64,000 nucleotides of DNA from Candidatus Parcubacteria bacterium (GTDB taxonomy: Bacteria > Patescibacteriota > Saccharimonadia > UBA4664 > JBIOIQ01), in the NCBI GenBank assembly GCA_963718875.1, contig OY970378.1, positions 1,075,691 through 1,139,690 of the forward strand, written 5' to 3'. Shown here in pieces: positions 1-9,954 of the stretch (position 1 is the first letter of the stretch; the number at the start of each line of letters is the position of its first letter). Under the pieces are notes generated by a model. It ran no database searches and was not told the origin of the DNA. It was given only the letters and a program-made list of their open reading frames with translations. The translations under genes were made by a program, and so were the position numbers.

Positions 1-166
1 TGGAACAATATTCCAAAGCCTAAGCCCCGAAGATTATGTTGTCATACCGGAAATGCTTGCTAGCTAAGCCGCAAACCCTGTATATTCAACCGATACATAT
101 CCATTATACCTTCTATATATTTAGAAGTACGTAAGGTATGACCATTACGCTTATGCTAAAATAGAA

Positions 167-712
167 TTGGTGAAAGATATGCCTCTCAATCGACTTCAAG
201 AAACCATTTTGTATACCCTTGCTAAGGCTCACGACAAGGGTATTAATAACTTGTCTAAATTTCAGCTAATGAAGCTTGTTTATATGATTGAGATCAATTC
301 ACAGAGGTTCTTAGGTGAGTCTTTTATTCATAATGTGAAGTTCTACCGAGAAAAGAATGGCCCTATCTCATATGATATCTATAAGGCTGTAGACGAATTA
401 ACCAAAACCGGGTTTATTGAGGCGTGGGCTGAAGATAATACAGAGTATGGCCACCCTAGGCATTGCCACCGTATTAAGAAGCAGCCGGCCCAAGTAAGCT
501 TTGGAAAGTCGGAAAAAGTATTTTTGAATAGCATTCTAGAAGACTACTTGCCTCTAACCATAGCTAAGCTCAAAGCAGAGGCTTATAAAACCGAGCCAAT
601 GCAGAAAGCCCAGCAAGAAGAAAAAAGGCAGGGACACCCTCTCAACGGCCGTCCTTTAGACTTAGACACAGTTGCCTTGGACGAAGACATTCTTTCTGCA
701 ATCCTGGGGTAG
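167..712 (+). CDS. Panacea-domain (DUF4065/SocA-like) protein, putative antitoxin; ATG at 179 may be the true start (167 is TTG)
   Basis: ORF translation shows the DUF4065-like core (LMKLVYMIEI...GP) and an acidic C-terminus. Sits 4 nt upstream of a small MazF-like ORF. Confidence 0.5.
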   Translation: MVKDMPLNRLQETILYTLAKAHDKGINNLSKFQLMKLVYMIEINSQRFLGESFIHNVKFYREKNGPISYDIYKAVDELTKTGFIEAWAEDNTEYGHPRHCHRIKKQPAQVSFGKSEKVFLNSILEDYLPLTIAKLKAEAYKTEPMQKAQQEEKRQGHPLNGRPLDLDTVALDEDILSAILG

Positions 713-715
713 TCT

Positions 716-1132
716 ATGAGCTACGATCCAGGGGATATCCTATATTTTAAGGAGTATACGTTCAACGATACGGGCGAGGTCGCCCGTCATTTCGGCTTAG
801 TTATACTCCCGACAGAACTAACGGACTTTGAAAGTCAGATCTACTGCTGCGTAATAACCTCCAACGCTCCACGAAACACTTATGCCGTTCACCTTTTAGA
901 TCACAACGACTACCCCTGCTTCAGTAAGCCCACGTACGCAAGGGTACATTTGCAAGATTACATACCAATTAGTGGCGTCGACACCGGCCGGAAACAGCCG
1001 GTAGGCAAACTAGATCTGGTCGATAGAAAGAAGGTTTTTAAGATCTTGCGGAACGTTCTGTTTTCGCAAACTAATCCCGTAGATAAATACTTGCGGGCAA
1101 CCATTATTAAAGAGTGGAAGAAAACTCTTTAG
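716..1132 (+). CDS. MazF/PemK-like putative toxin paired with the upstream Panacea protein
   Basis: N-terminal GDILYF...TGEV...LVILP...CCVITSNAPR pattern resembles the CcdB/MazF-fold toxins. Tight 4-nt spacing to 167..712. Confidence 0.4.
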   Translation: MSYDPGDILYFKEYTFNDTGEVARHFGLVILPTELTDFESQIYCCVITSNAPRNTYAVHLLDHNDYPCFSKPTYARVHLQDYIPISGVDTGRKQPVGKLDLVDRKKVFKILRNVLFSQTNPVDKYLRATIIKEWKKTL

Positions 1133-1138
1133 GCTACC

Positions 1139-1889
1139 TCATTCGGCTGTAGACCTAGCCGCATAGTAAGCACAGTAGTCGCAGTTCTTACCCGGCTTGG
1201 GTATGGTTCTCTTGCAAAGCACTTTGTAGGCGTCCATAACGGCCTTTTCTACCCAACCGTCATTACCTTCGTATGGGATCAGCTTAATATCAAAGTCTAG
1301 CCTACCGTCGAATGCGTCGTTATCCCGGCGACCATTGCAGTACACAAAGTAGCCGGTGTTTGATACCGGTAGGCCATTTTTACGAAATAGCCATTGATAG
1401 ATTTCCATTTGTCGTTTATAGCCGTCTTGCCAATCGGCGTCGAGCGATACCTCGCCCTTTTTGCTAGTGGCCTTATAGTCGACGATAACTACCTCGCAGG
1501 TCTGGGGATCTTCCCAAACGTCGTCTACGCCGCCGGTAAGGACTAAATTGGTATCCGGTATAGCGTATGTAATGCCACGGTGGAGGCTATCTCGCCACTC
1601 CTCAATGTATCTATGGGAAAGGTACTAAATCTAGCCCGTAGGCTTTAACGAGCGGGTGGACGGTCTTAGCCTGCCGGTGGATATCGAACTCCTTTTTGAG
1701 TAACTCGTCGACTGCACTATTGAGGTTAAACGGATACCCAGGTGGCCGGCCCACGCCTAGTTTACGATCCAAGTAGAAGCACCGAGGGCATTCGATAAAT
1801 AGATCGAGCTTACTTCGGCTTAGGCGAAAGGGCTTATCGCTAGTGTGCTCGTATAAGTTTCTCTTTCTAGTTTTATAGTATTCCGACAT
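1139..1889 (-). pseudogene. Cas4/RecB-like PD-(D/E)XK nuclease with Cys cluster, apparent frameshift around 1611-1627
   Basis: N-terminal piece (1611..1889) has a single Cys (CPRCFYL). My manual translation shows the downstream frame continues from ~1625 through IVDYKAT (D-x-K motif) and QMEIYQW (QxxxY) to a C-terminal CDYCAYY Cys triad. The two pieces lie in different frames and overlap by ~15 nt. Confidence 0.55.
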
Positions 1890-1918
1890 TAATCCCTATT
1901 TTCATTTTATTAGTCTAG

Positions 1919-3802
1919 CTAATCGACTTTATAAAACACCTTGCCGTGGGGCAACTTGATATTAGGTATCCAGAAAGGTTGCCCTCCCCATTTGTTCTCT
2001 CGTTTTCCGTTTAGCCTATACATAGTCAAAACTGGAAGATTTTGTATCGAATTACCTAATTGTCTGTCGTCCGGCGAGAGTAAGGTGCCAGTTCCTTGGC
2101 TGATATCTCGATTACGTCGTACTATAAGCTTTGCGAGATTCAATGAGCCCTTTTCGTTTTTCAAAGCGTCTAATGCAGCAATAAGTGAAGCAGTGTCCCA
2201 GTTATTTGGTGTATCAGATCTTAAGCTCGATAGTATTTTTTCCAGATCCGGCAAAGTTATGTCGTAGACAGGGTGCTGATCGTCGTAAGCACTCATTACG
2301 TCGTCGAGAGTACCTGAATTTGACTGGTCTGGATCGGGCGGAAAATAGTTTACTCCTCCAACCAAAATGTTAAGCAAACCCTGGTCGACAACGTTCTTTC
2401 TCGTCGGTTTGAACTTAGACGAAGTCATTATTTGAATTTCGTCAATGTTCGACTCCTGAACCTGCTTGAGTAGCACCTCGTTTGAGTTATTAATCTCTGC
2501 AAATACATTAAACAATGGCATAGGCATAAAAACCCGCATTAGCATAGGATCTCTGTCATATCCAAACATACGACTGTGCTGCCAAAACGTATCAGCTTGT
2601 GGCCTTTTCGACGACCGGCAATAGTACACAGTCTGAAGCCCTTTAAAAGTTACCCCTCTTCCGAGGCTGTTTCCACCAACTACTATATTCATTCCCTCGT
2701 CAAACGATACCCTGGGATCGCTTTCTGGGCCAGAATTCATGGTGAAGACATTTATTTCTGGTGCTGTTTTGATAAACTCTATCAACTCCTTGAAATGCCT
2801 AATATCTGGTTTAGACTTCTTCAAATCTGACCAGGCAGTTTCCAGCCTATCTTGGGTTGCTTTATCGTCAATAGTCCGTAGGACGTGTTGGAGATAATGC
2901 TTTGCTTTCTCTGCAATTTTCTCGTGATCTTCTATCCTAACGCTTGGGTGGATCAAGAAGTTGCAAACCTTAGAGTCTTTATTAACAAACTGGTGAGCTG
3001 CGGTGATTAGATAGGTATCAGTTGCAAGCTTTAGACCCTCGGCAATTTCGTCGGTTTTAAGGAGCACACTTAGCTCGTCGTCCTCTGTAAACCTGTTAGT
3101 GAAAGGTGCTGGCTTACTATAAAAAAACGAGCCACCAAGGTAACCTCTGCCCGGCGGGAAGTAATGAACAAATGCTGGTTTCCAATTTGACGATTTTGCT
3201 TGAAGTAATAAGGATTGGGGCGTAGCAGTTACTTGAAGATAAAAGCTGCTTGTTGATAGGTTTCTAATGTTTTCCAAGTGCCGGTTAATTGCACTTTGCT
3301 CTTCACGGTTTACTTCAGTATTTAAACTGGCTGCGTCAGCCTCGTCGTCTACTATGAAAATCGGCCTGCCTTTACTAAATCCCGTTGAGGCTAAAATATC
3401 TTTCCACTTTTTCAAAACAGTCGTATTTTTCTTTAAGATAATTAAAGCGGGCTTACGCATATTAAGAGCCTTGAACCTCAATTCGTCGCCCTCGTCGCAT
3501 ATATTAAAAGTATCTAAATTTAGTAAAGCACGCTCATAAGTCTGCTTTTGGAGGGCATTGATCGGGCTGGTTAATACGAAAAATATTTCGAAGCCAGCGT
3601 CTGCTGCTGCGGCCACTACTCCGAACATTTGACCTGTCTTACCGCTTTGGACTTCTCCGAGTAGTAGCCCGGTTATGTGCTCCTTAAAGTTAAACGCCTC
3701 TATATGTTCCGGCACAATCTCTTGGAGGGTTTCTTTAACAGATCCGACGGCATTAGGCGAGGACTCGGCGAGCCTAGCTAGATAGTTCTGTAAATGGCTC
3801 AC
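1919..3802 (-). CDS. DEAD-like P-loop ATPase with Z1 domain (H.CglI / N.NgoAVII-like R-M accessory ATPase)
   Basis: Walker A GEVQSGKTGQM and Walker B/DEAD IFIVDDEADAAS. The size and downstream region fit a Z1-domain protein. In an operon with a PLD nuclease and a C5-MTase. Confidence 0.55.
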   Translation of the reverse strand: MSHLQNYLARLAESSPNAVGSVKETLQEIVPEHIEAFNFKEHITGLLLGEVQSGKTGQMFGVVAAAADAGFEIFFVLTSPINALQKQTYERALLNLDTFNICDEGDELRFKALNMRKPALIILKKNTTVLKKWKDILASTGFSKGRPIFIVDDEADAASLNTEVNREEQSAINRHLENIRNLSTSSFYLQVTATPQSLLLQAKSSNWKPAFVHYFPPGRGYLGGSFFYSKPAPFTNRFTEDDELSVLLKTDEIAEGLKLATDTYLITAAHQFVNKDSKVCNFLIHPSVRIEDHEKIAEKAKHYLQHVLRTIDDKATQDRLETAWSDLKKSKPDIRHFKELIEFIKTAPEINVFTMNSGPESDPRVSFDEGMNIVVGGNSLGRGVTFKGLQTVYYCRSSKRPQADTFWQHSRMFGYDRDPMLMRVFMPMPLFNVFAEINNSNEVLLKQVQESNIDEIQIMTSSKFKPTRKNVVDQGLLNILVGGVNYFPPDPDQSNSGTLDDVMSAYDDQHPVYDITLPDLEKILSSLRSDTPNNWDTASLIAALDALKNEKGSLNLAKLIVRRNRDISQGTGTLLSPDDRQLGNSIQNLPVLTMYRLNGKRENKWGGQPFWIPNIKLPHGKVFYKVD

Positions 3803-4860
3803 GACGCCTCAACCCCAAAGTTCATAAACCATTTGTTGCTGCCCTCAATCCTCGATAATGAAATTGTGTTTCTTCCATATTTGCTTAAAACCTCGTCGGT
3901 TACGGGTGTCCCCGGTTCTAATGCACCGTTCACTTCTAATCTGCCCTTTATCCATTTTCCTAATATTTTAAGATCGCCGTCTGAACGCAGGTTTTTACTG
4001 TAGTCCCCACTTACCTTACAATCAAACTCCCAGCCGTCGTCAGTAACCACTTGAAATACTCCACCTTCACCACCTGAATCTGCTTTTGGATAATACGGCA
4101 GAGAGGTTATTTCTTTAGGTACAATCAATTCGACTTCGTACCAAGGGCGTGGCATAACAAAACCCTGTTGATTCCGGCGACCTTCTCCAAAGAAAGCATT
4201 CAAGTTGCTCTTTGGGGCGTCGTTGGCCTTCAAGGGTATTTCTATCTTATCTGACGACAATTGGTTTATGAGTGCCGATACCTCACTACTAGTTACTTTC
4301 GTAACTCCGTATTGGTCGTTCAAAAGAGGATTGGTAGACACCACTAGCGGGATATCTACTTCCCCTATCGGCTCGCAAGCTTTTTCTAGAAGTTCACCAA
4401 TGAATGTTTCTAGCCTGATAGCTTCGCTATGGTTCTCTATTAGGTAATCGGCCTCATAAAGTCTTTGCCCAAATACAATATTGGAAAGGTTTGAAGAACC
4501 GACAATAGACCCTATAATGCTACCCTTAGACTTAAAGCTGGCTAGCTTGCCGTGGAACGGAAATGTAACAGATACAAATACTCCACCCAGGTTGTTGAGG
4601 GTGAGGTAATCATTTAATGACTCCAAGGCCACTTTTTGAGAGTTGGTTAGTCCCTCGAAGAAGTGCATACCAATGCAAAGTGTCAATTTTGGGCCGTGGT
4701 TCTGTTCAATAATATTTCTTAGGTCTACCGCCGAGTCGGCAGAAATATACCCAGACGCAATAGACAGCTCGTCAGAGGATTTTATGAGTTTATGGAATAT
4801 TTCAGTATAAGAGTCGAGTTCGGTTTTGACAGGCGGGAAGTTTGAAAATAGTAGTGCCAT
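3799..4860 (-). CDS. PLD-family restriction endonuclease (NgoFVII/NgoAVII/CglI R-like) with C-terminal B3-like DNA-binding region
   Basis: HxK...GSxN phospholipase-D nuclease motif (FHGKLASFKSKGSIIGSIVGSSNLS). 4-nt overlap with the upstream MTase stop and downstream ATPase start. Confidence 0.55.
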   Translation of the reverse strand: MALLFSNFPPVKTELDSYTEIFHKLIKSSDELSIASGYISADSAVDLRNIIEQNHGPKLTLCIGMHFFEGLTNSQKVALESLNDYLTLNNLGGVFVSVTFPFHGKLASFKSKGSIIGSIVGSSNLSNIVFGQRLYEADYLIENHSEAIRLETFIGELLEKACEPIGEVDIPLVVSTNPLLNDQYGVTKVTSSEVSALINQLSSDKIEIPLKANDAPKSNLNAFFGEGRRNQQGFVMPRPWYEVELIVPKEITSLPYYPKADSGGEGGVFQVVTDDGWEFDCKVSGDYSKNLRSDGDLKILGKWIKGRLEVNGALEPGTPVTDEVLSKYGRNTISLSRIEGSNKWFMNFGVEAS

Positions 4861-4863
4861 TTG

Positions 4864-5958
4864 CTAGTCCGCCGATATTGCCAGTTGATTGAGTCCCACC
4901 CCGTTTAACGAAACGCTATATTCACTTACTTTAGCTGGTTCAGTTAACTTACTAGCTTCAAACACTGGCATTAGGTAGCCTGCGATAGTCTTTGCCGCTA
5001 CGGGGGGGACTGAATTGCCGATTTGCCTACGAACTTCCGTGATTGAGCCTTCGAAGATAAAGTCGTCAGGATAACCGAAAAGTCTAGCACGTTCCCTGTT
5101 AGTCAAAGGCCGTGGTTCTTCGTAATGATACCCCCAGGTGCCACCTCCGCCTCCTGCGATTATTGTGGTAGAGGGCTTGTTTTTGTCTAACCGACGATAT
5201 ACGTGGCTGATCATACCCTTAACATAGTAAGGACTATCTTTAGGCAAAGAGGAAAAATTGCCACCGGCGGGGATCAGTTTTAGCATTTCTCTGGTCTTGT
5301 CCTTGATATTCTGGTGCTCGTTGTTGTGGGGTACTTTTTCAACCCCCTCTAATGCCTCTCCAGCCGTTACGAAATTTCCGGCTGTGTGAGTGGGATCGGG
5401 TTTCTCGAAATTGAAATCAATGTCATTCCTGATACCAACTATCAATACACGTTCTCTCAATTGTGGTGCTCCATAGTGGGCGAAATTGTAGAGATCGGCT
5501 CGTATTTTGTATCCAAGTCGTGCGAAGTCCTCAATAATCTGTCGTATTGCCTTACCGTCATTCGCCGTTAGGAGGCCTTTAACGTTTTCAGCCACAAAAA
5601 CTTTTGGCTTCTTAGTTTCAACCGCACGTACAAAATGCTTGTACAGGTTTCCTCGGTCTGTTTCTAAACCGCCCCGTTTCCAAATCATTGAAAAATCCTG
5701 ACAGGGGAAACCACCGGTGATAATATCTGCGTCCGGTACTTTATTGAAATCGATATCCGTAATGCTAGCGTGGGTGATATGGGGGCCGAAATTACGTTCG
5801 TAGGTCTTGCAGGACGAGGCTTCAAAATCGTTAGCCCATACAACTTCAAAACCCGCTAGCTTGAAGCCAAGATCGAGCCCACCACAACCGGAAAATAGAG
5901 ATAAAAGCTTAGGACGTTTGGAAATTTTAGTATTCTTATTTATCATTTTCATACTCAT
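4864..5958 (-). CDS. DNA (cytosine-5)-methyltransferase
   Basis: Motif I LFSGCGGLDLGF, motif IV GGFPCQDFS and the ENV motif. Confidence 0.85.
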   Translation of the reverse strand: MSMKMINKNTKISKRPKLLSLFSGCGGLDLGFKLAGFEVVWANDFEASSCKTYERNFGPHITHASITDIDFNKVPDADIITGGFPCQDFSMIWKRGGLETDRGNLYKHFVRAVETKKPKVFVAENVKGLLTANDGKAIRQIIEDFARLGYKIRADLYNFAHYGAPQLRERVLIVGIRNDIDFNFEKPDPTHTAGNFVTAGEALEGVEKVPHNNEHQNIKDKTREMLKLIPAGGNFSSLPKDSPYYVKGMISHVYRRLDKNKPSTTIIAGGGGGTWGYHYEEPRPLTNRERARLFGYPDDFIFEGSITEVRRQIGNSVPPVAAKTIAGYLMPVFEASKLTEPAKVSEYSVSLNGVGLNQLAISAD

Positions 5959-6153
5959 ATACCCCTTTCGTATGATTATAGACTAAAGCGTTATAAATTG
6001 CCGCAACATTTTTCTCTGGAACGAAACTAATCTATTCGGCTTTTGTTCGGTATCTTTACTCTACGAGAATCGTCGAGAAAACACAACACTTAGTACTTAA
6101 TTTCTTAACACCTCAACGGGAGTGGAGGGTATGCTTTTTTATCGAAAAATACC

Positions 6154-6462
6154 CTACTTTCGGGCAAATTCTGGGTCGTGCCGTTCCAAGTACCAGCGAG
6201 CTGCGACTGCGTCCCCATTTCTTATAGCGTCTACAATTATCAGCCGTGCCTTTTCTTTAGTAGCACTCTCTGCACCAACGAATATATCGGTAAATTCACC
6301 CTCTCTACGGATATGGTCGTAATACGCCCCGTAGGACACGCCAGCGTAGCGACAGGCCGCCCGAACGCTCAAACCCCTATGTAGAGCCCCGACGATCTTA
6401 CTTACCGCCTCTGCGTCGATCACTGACGGTCTGCCGACATTTGTTTTGAGAGTTTGAGGCAT
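6154..6462 (-). CDS. HTH protein resembling phage terminase small subunit (gp3-like DNA-packaging protein)
   Basis: GRPSVID...ARWYLERHDPEF pattern. Start chosen at internal ATG 6462 with AAGGAG 8 nt upstream; the ORF-track start at 6567 is unsupported. Confidence 0.5.
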   Translation of the reverse strand: MPQTLKTNVGRPSVIDAEAVSKIVGALHRGLSVRAACRYAGVSYGAYYDHIRREGEFTDIFVGAESATKEKARLIIVDAIRNGDAVAARWYLERHDPEFARK

Positions 6463-6529
6463 ATAGTTCTCCTTATCGGTTCGCCTCCGAGTATCTCCAT
6501 TATACCCGTTCAGATATAATTGAAGCAGT

Positions 6530-7204
6530 ATGAAAATGACGACCGAAGAAAAGCACGAATATAACACTTGGCTGGTTTTATCCGCTTTGAGAGAAAAGCA
6601 ATTAACCGTAGGTAATACCTTTAGCTTCCCAACCGATTACGTTGACGACCTAAATCCCGAACTGACACACGGGATAATTCGTCTACTACACGAGCAGGGC
6701 TATCTGCTCCGGCTGGATTTCCCGTCTGAACTAAACATACCGATCAACGGCGATAGGATTATGGTGCCTAGGATAGACTGGCCCGATAATTTGGCACGCC
6801 GTATACAGGTGGAATTGATACCGAAAAAATTTAACCGTATTTATCAAACACTCACAAAAAAGTTTGCTATCAAATCGGCGGTAGAACCACGTTCTGGAAC
6901 CCCTATGCTTTCGTTCGCACAGGTCGACGGAATAGCCTCATTCAAAACAGGGTGGTACACATTTAAGCCTGGGACAAAGGCCCATACGATATTGGAGTTC
7001 TTGCAGTCCAATAAGGGCTGGCCACAAGGTACTAACGACATTATCGAGGGCTGTAATAAGAAAATAGCTACAGGTAACTATAAATTTCGTGCTGAAAAGG
7101 ACATACGGGATACCCTAAACAATATTAGAAAGAACTTAAAGGTGAACAAGGGTGAGTTTTTTCCAATTATCAAACAGGGCGACAAGTGGGTTTGGAAGGA
7201 GTAA
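6530..7204 (+). CDS. hypothetical protein (mobile-element cargo)
   Basis: 224-aa ORF divergent from the terminase-small-like gene. No recognisable motif. Confidence 0.4.
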   Translation: MKMTTEEKHEYNTWLVLSALREKQLTVGNTFSFPTDYVDDLNPELTHGIIRLLHEQGYLLRLDFPSELNIPINGDRIMVPRIDWPDNLARRIQVELIPKKFNRIYQTLTKKFAIKSAVEPRSGTPMLSFAQVDGIASFKTGWYTFKPGTKAHTILEFLQSNKGWPQGTNDIIEGCNKKIATGNYKFRAEKDIRDTLNNIRKNLKVNKGEFFPIIKQGDKWVWKE

Positions 7205-7317
7205 ACCCTACAACCTAAGCTAGCAAGGTTCGTTCACTTTTTTCACCTAGTAACTCAATTACTCCTGGTATCAGAAAATGACTAGTACAAGTCATTTTTT
7301 AATTTCGCAGGATTACT

Positions 7318-7560
7318 ATGAGCCAGGAAGAAAGCACAATCAAAACCGCCGATCTCGCCCTGGCTTCCGTTTTGGTTGAGAAAAATTATGAACTTCTTGA
7401 ACTCGAACGCAACTATGGCAATCGAGTTTCTTTTGTTTTTGAACGTACTCCTGAAATCGAGGGGGTCTTGGCGGACTATTGGGGAAACCGAATAACTGTA
7501 AACCCCCGTATCTACTTCGACGCAATCAAGCACCTTAAGACTCGGATTTATGGCGGCTGA
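7318..7560 (+). CDS. small DUF5659-like protein
   Basis: 80-aa ORF, ADLALASVLVEKNYELLELERN...FVFE pattern typical of a small phage/CPR domain family. Confidence 0.35.
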   Translation: MSQEESTIKTADLALASVLVEKNYELLELERNYGNRVSFVFERTPEIEGVLADYWGNRITVNPRIYFDAIKHLKTRIYGG

Positions 7561-7795
7561 TATGCAATTAACCGACTCTGACATTTTGGAGTTTAAAGAG
7601 CTTGCTAAGAAGCACCTCGGCGTAGATCTAACGTGGGAGGCCGCACAAGATCAAGCCATAAAGCTTGTCCGGCTAATGCAAATTGTTCACCGACCATTGA
7701 GCGTCGAGGATTATGAAGCTATTCGCCTAAAAGACGGCTTTAGCCGCAATAAAAATGAGAACGAATATGAGCCAAGCGGATCAAAAGAGATTTAA
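7550..7795 (+). CDS. hypothetical small acidic protein
   Basis: ORF overlapping its neighbours by a few codons, operon-like arrangement. Confidence 0.3.
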   Translation: MAADMQLTDSDILEFKELAKKHLGVDLTWEAAQDQAIKLVRLMQIVHRPLSVEDYEAIRLKDGFSRNKNENEYEPSGSKEI

Positions 7796-8276
7796 TAAGT
7801 ACTTCCGGCAAAAGGGCATTCTCTACCAGCCGGGCTACGCCATTATTTTTGGCAACCTAAATGCCGGTATCTTGCTAAGCCAGCTCCTATATTGGCACGG
7901 AAAGGGTAAAGACAGGGAGGGCTGGATTTACAAAACTGCCGAGGGTTGGAGGAAAGAAACTGGGCTTACCCGGTATGAGCTAGAAACTGCAAGACGTACT
8001 CTAATTAAGCACAGCATTCTCGACTACAAGCGATCGGGAAACCCCTGCACAAGCCACTATCGACTTAACCTTCTAAAGCTAGAAGAGGCACTTCCTAGTT
8101 TGCTGGAAACCAACAATCTGGTTTATCTGAAACCACCCGACAGTATTTCGGCAAAACCGCAAACTCTTATTTCAGAGAGTACCCAAAAGACTACGACAAA
8201 AAGTACTCCGCCGATTAATAAATCCAATTATAAAAAACAACGGACTGCATTACTTGATATGAAAGGTTTTCCCTAG
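7767..8276 (+). CDS. phage-type replication initiator / DnaD-like winged-HTH protein
   Basis: GWRKETGLTRYELETARRTLIKHSIL resembles replisome-organiser N-terminal wHTH. Start at second ATG. Confidence 0.35.
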   Translation: MSQADQKRFNKYFRQKGILYQPGYAIIFGNLNAGILLSQLLYWHGKGKDREGWIYKTAEGWRKETGLTRYELETARRTLIKHSILDYKRSGNPCTSHYRLNLLKLEEALPSLLETNNLVYLKPPDSISAKPQTLISESTQKTTTKSTPPINKSNYKKQRTALLDMKGFP

Positions 8277-8334
8277 CTAGAGATCACTATTCAAAGCACT
8301 AACAATATTGTGTAATATATAAGGAGTAATGACT

Positions 8335-9954
8335 ATGCAAAGCCAAAATCTAAAATATTTCCTCTACGCTCGTAAGTCCTCCGAGGACGAGGACAGACAA
8401 ATTCAGTCAATCGACGACCAAGTTAATTGGTTAATACAAAAAGCCAATCAAACAGGAGTTGTTCTAAAGAAAAATCAGATCTTTACAGAGGCTAAATCGG
8501 CTAAGAAGCCGAATAATCGGCCCGTGTTCGCCGAAATGCTAGCCCGGATCGAAAAGGGCGAAGCAAATGCCCTACTAGTTTGGGACATTTCTCGCTTATC
8601 GAGAAACCCGATCGATAGTGCGGCGATACAATGGCTGCTCCAAGAAGGTAAGCTACGGTTAATCCATACGCACACACGAGAGTACCGCCCAGAGGATAAT
8701 ACGCTTCTATATAGCGTCGAGAGCGGTATGGCCAATCAGTACATTATCGAGTTACGTGCGAATACACAGCGAGGGATCAATAGTAAGCTTGAAAAGGGCT
8801 GGAAGCCTGGTTTAGCTCCCGTTGGCTACATAAACAACCCCGATCCCGACGAACGCAAGGGTGAAAAAACAATAATCCCCGATCCGGAGCGGTTCGATAT
8901 AGTGCGGAAAGCCTGGGATTTAATGCTTACCGGCAATTACAATCCCCGCCAAATACACCAAATAGCTACAGAGGAATGGCATTTAACTACCAAGGAGCGA
9001 AAAACGAAGCGTGGCAAGGTAGCGATTAGCCGCACGATCTCTCACAACGGCACATACCGTCTACTAACTAATATATTCTACGCAAAGGTAATTGATTATG
9101 GTGGCAAAATATATGAGGGGAGCCATAAGCCAATGATCACAATGGCGGAGTTTGACCGGGTACAAATGTTACTCGGAGCTAAGGGTCGCCCTCGCCCCCA
9201 GTCCCGTGAGCATTCTTATACGGGCAGCATTACCTGCGGCGAATGCTCGGCTCAAGTAACGGCCGAAACCAAGACCAAGTTCGTGAAAAAGACCGGTCAG
9301 CTCAAGGATTACGTCTATTACCGCTGTACCCACCGTAAGACCGGCGTGCCGTGCAAACAGCGGCCGATCCGCCTGGAAGACCTAGAGCCACAAATGGACG
9401 CACAACTACGGCAATTTACGATCCTACCGGTATTTCGGGACTGGGCATTAGAAAAGCTGAACCGGTCTAATGACCAAGAGATCGTAGATCGTACAAAAGT
9501 CCAAGAGTCGCTTACTAAGGCTCTGGACGACAATCAACAGCAGCTAGATAACCTGACTAAAATGCGTTACAGGGATATGATCGACGACGACGAGTTCAAA
9601 AAGGAAAAGAAGGCCCTCCAAACGGAGCTAGCTAGGCTTCAACAAGAGCGGGACGGCAATGAGGGGCGAGCTAGGAACTGGCTTAAGCTCACGGAGGATA
9701 CCTTCAAGTTCGCTTGCTACGCCCAACGATCGTTTATGTTTGGCGACGTTAGAACTAAGCGGGAAATCTTCGCCGCTCTCGGTAAGGGTGCGACGCTAAA
9801 AGACGGCGTGCTAACAATCACTCCTCATAAATGGTTTCAACCGATCGTCGAAAATTACGCCGAATTAGAAGCTGCGTATGAGGAGGTTAGAACTAAAAAA
9901 ACAGCCAATCTCAATCGAGAAATGGCTGTTTTGATAAATAATTGGGGCGAGTGA
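8335..9954 (+). CDS. large serine recombinase (integrase)
   Basis: N-terminal resolvase catalytic domain (YARKSSEDEDRQ, catalytic Ser), recombinase domain, Cys-rich zinc ribbon (CGEC...C) and C-terminal coiled coil. AAGGAG RBS. 3' end overlaps tRNA-His. Confidence 0.85.
   Translation: MQSQNLKYFLYARKSSEDEDRQIQSIDDQVNWLIQKANQTGVVLKKNQIFTEAKSAKKPNNRPVFAEMLARIEKGEANALLVWDISRLSRNPIDSAAIQWLLQEGKLRLIHTHTREYRPEDNTLLYSVESGMANQYIIELRANTQRGINSKLEKGWKPGLAPVGYINNPDPDERKGEKTIIPDPERFDIVRKAWDLMLTGNYNPRQIHQIATEEWHLTTKERKTKRGKVAISRTISHNGTYRLLTNIFYAKVIDYGGKIYEGSHKPMITMAEFDRVQMLLGAKGRPRPQSREHSYTGSITCGECSAQVTAETKTKFVKKTGQLKDYVYYRCTHRKTGVPCKQRPIRLEDLEPQMDAQLRQFTILPVFRDWALEKLNRSNDQEIVDRTKVQESLTKALDDNQQQLDNLTKMRYRDMIDDDEFKKEKKALQTELARLQQERDGNEGRARNWLKLTEDTFKFACYAQRSFMFGDVRTKREIFAALGKGATLKDGVLTITPHKWFQPIVENYAELEAAYEEVRTKKTANLNREMAVLINNWGE

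Noticed and set aside
6154-6567. Long N-terminal extension (MLYSCFSS...) of the terminase-small-like gene
   Set aside because: The extension is hydrophobic junk read through the promoter region. An internal ATG with an AAGGAG RBS gives a normal HTH N-terminus.
8475-9533. Antisense ORFs inside the serine recombinase gene (8475..8735 -, 9318..9533 -)
   Set aside because: They lie fully within a well-supported coding sequence on the opposite strand and have no start context.
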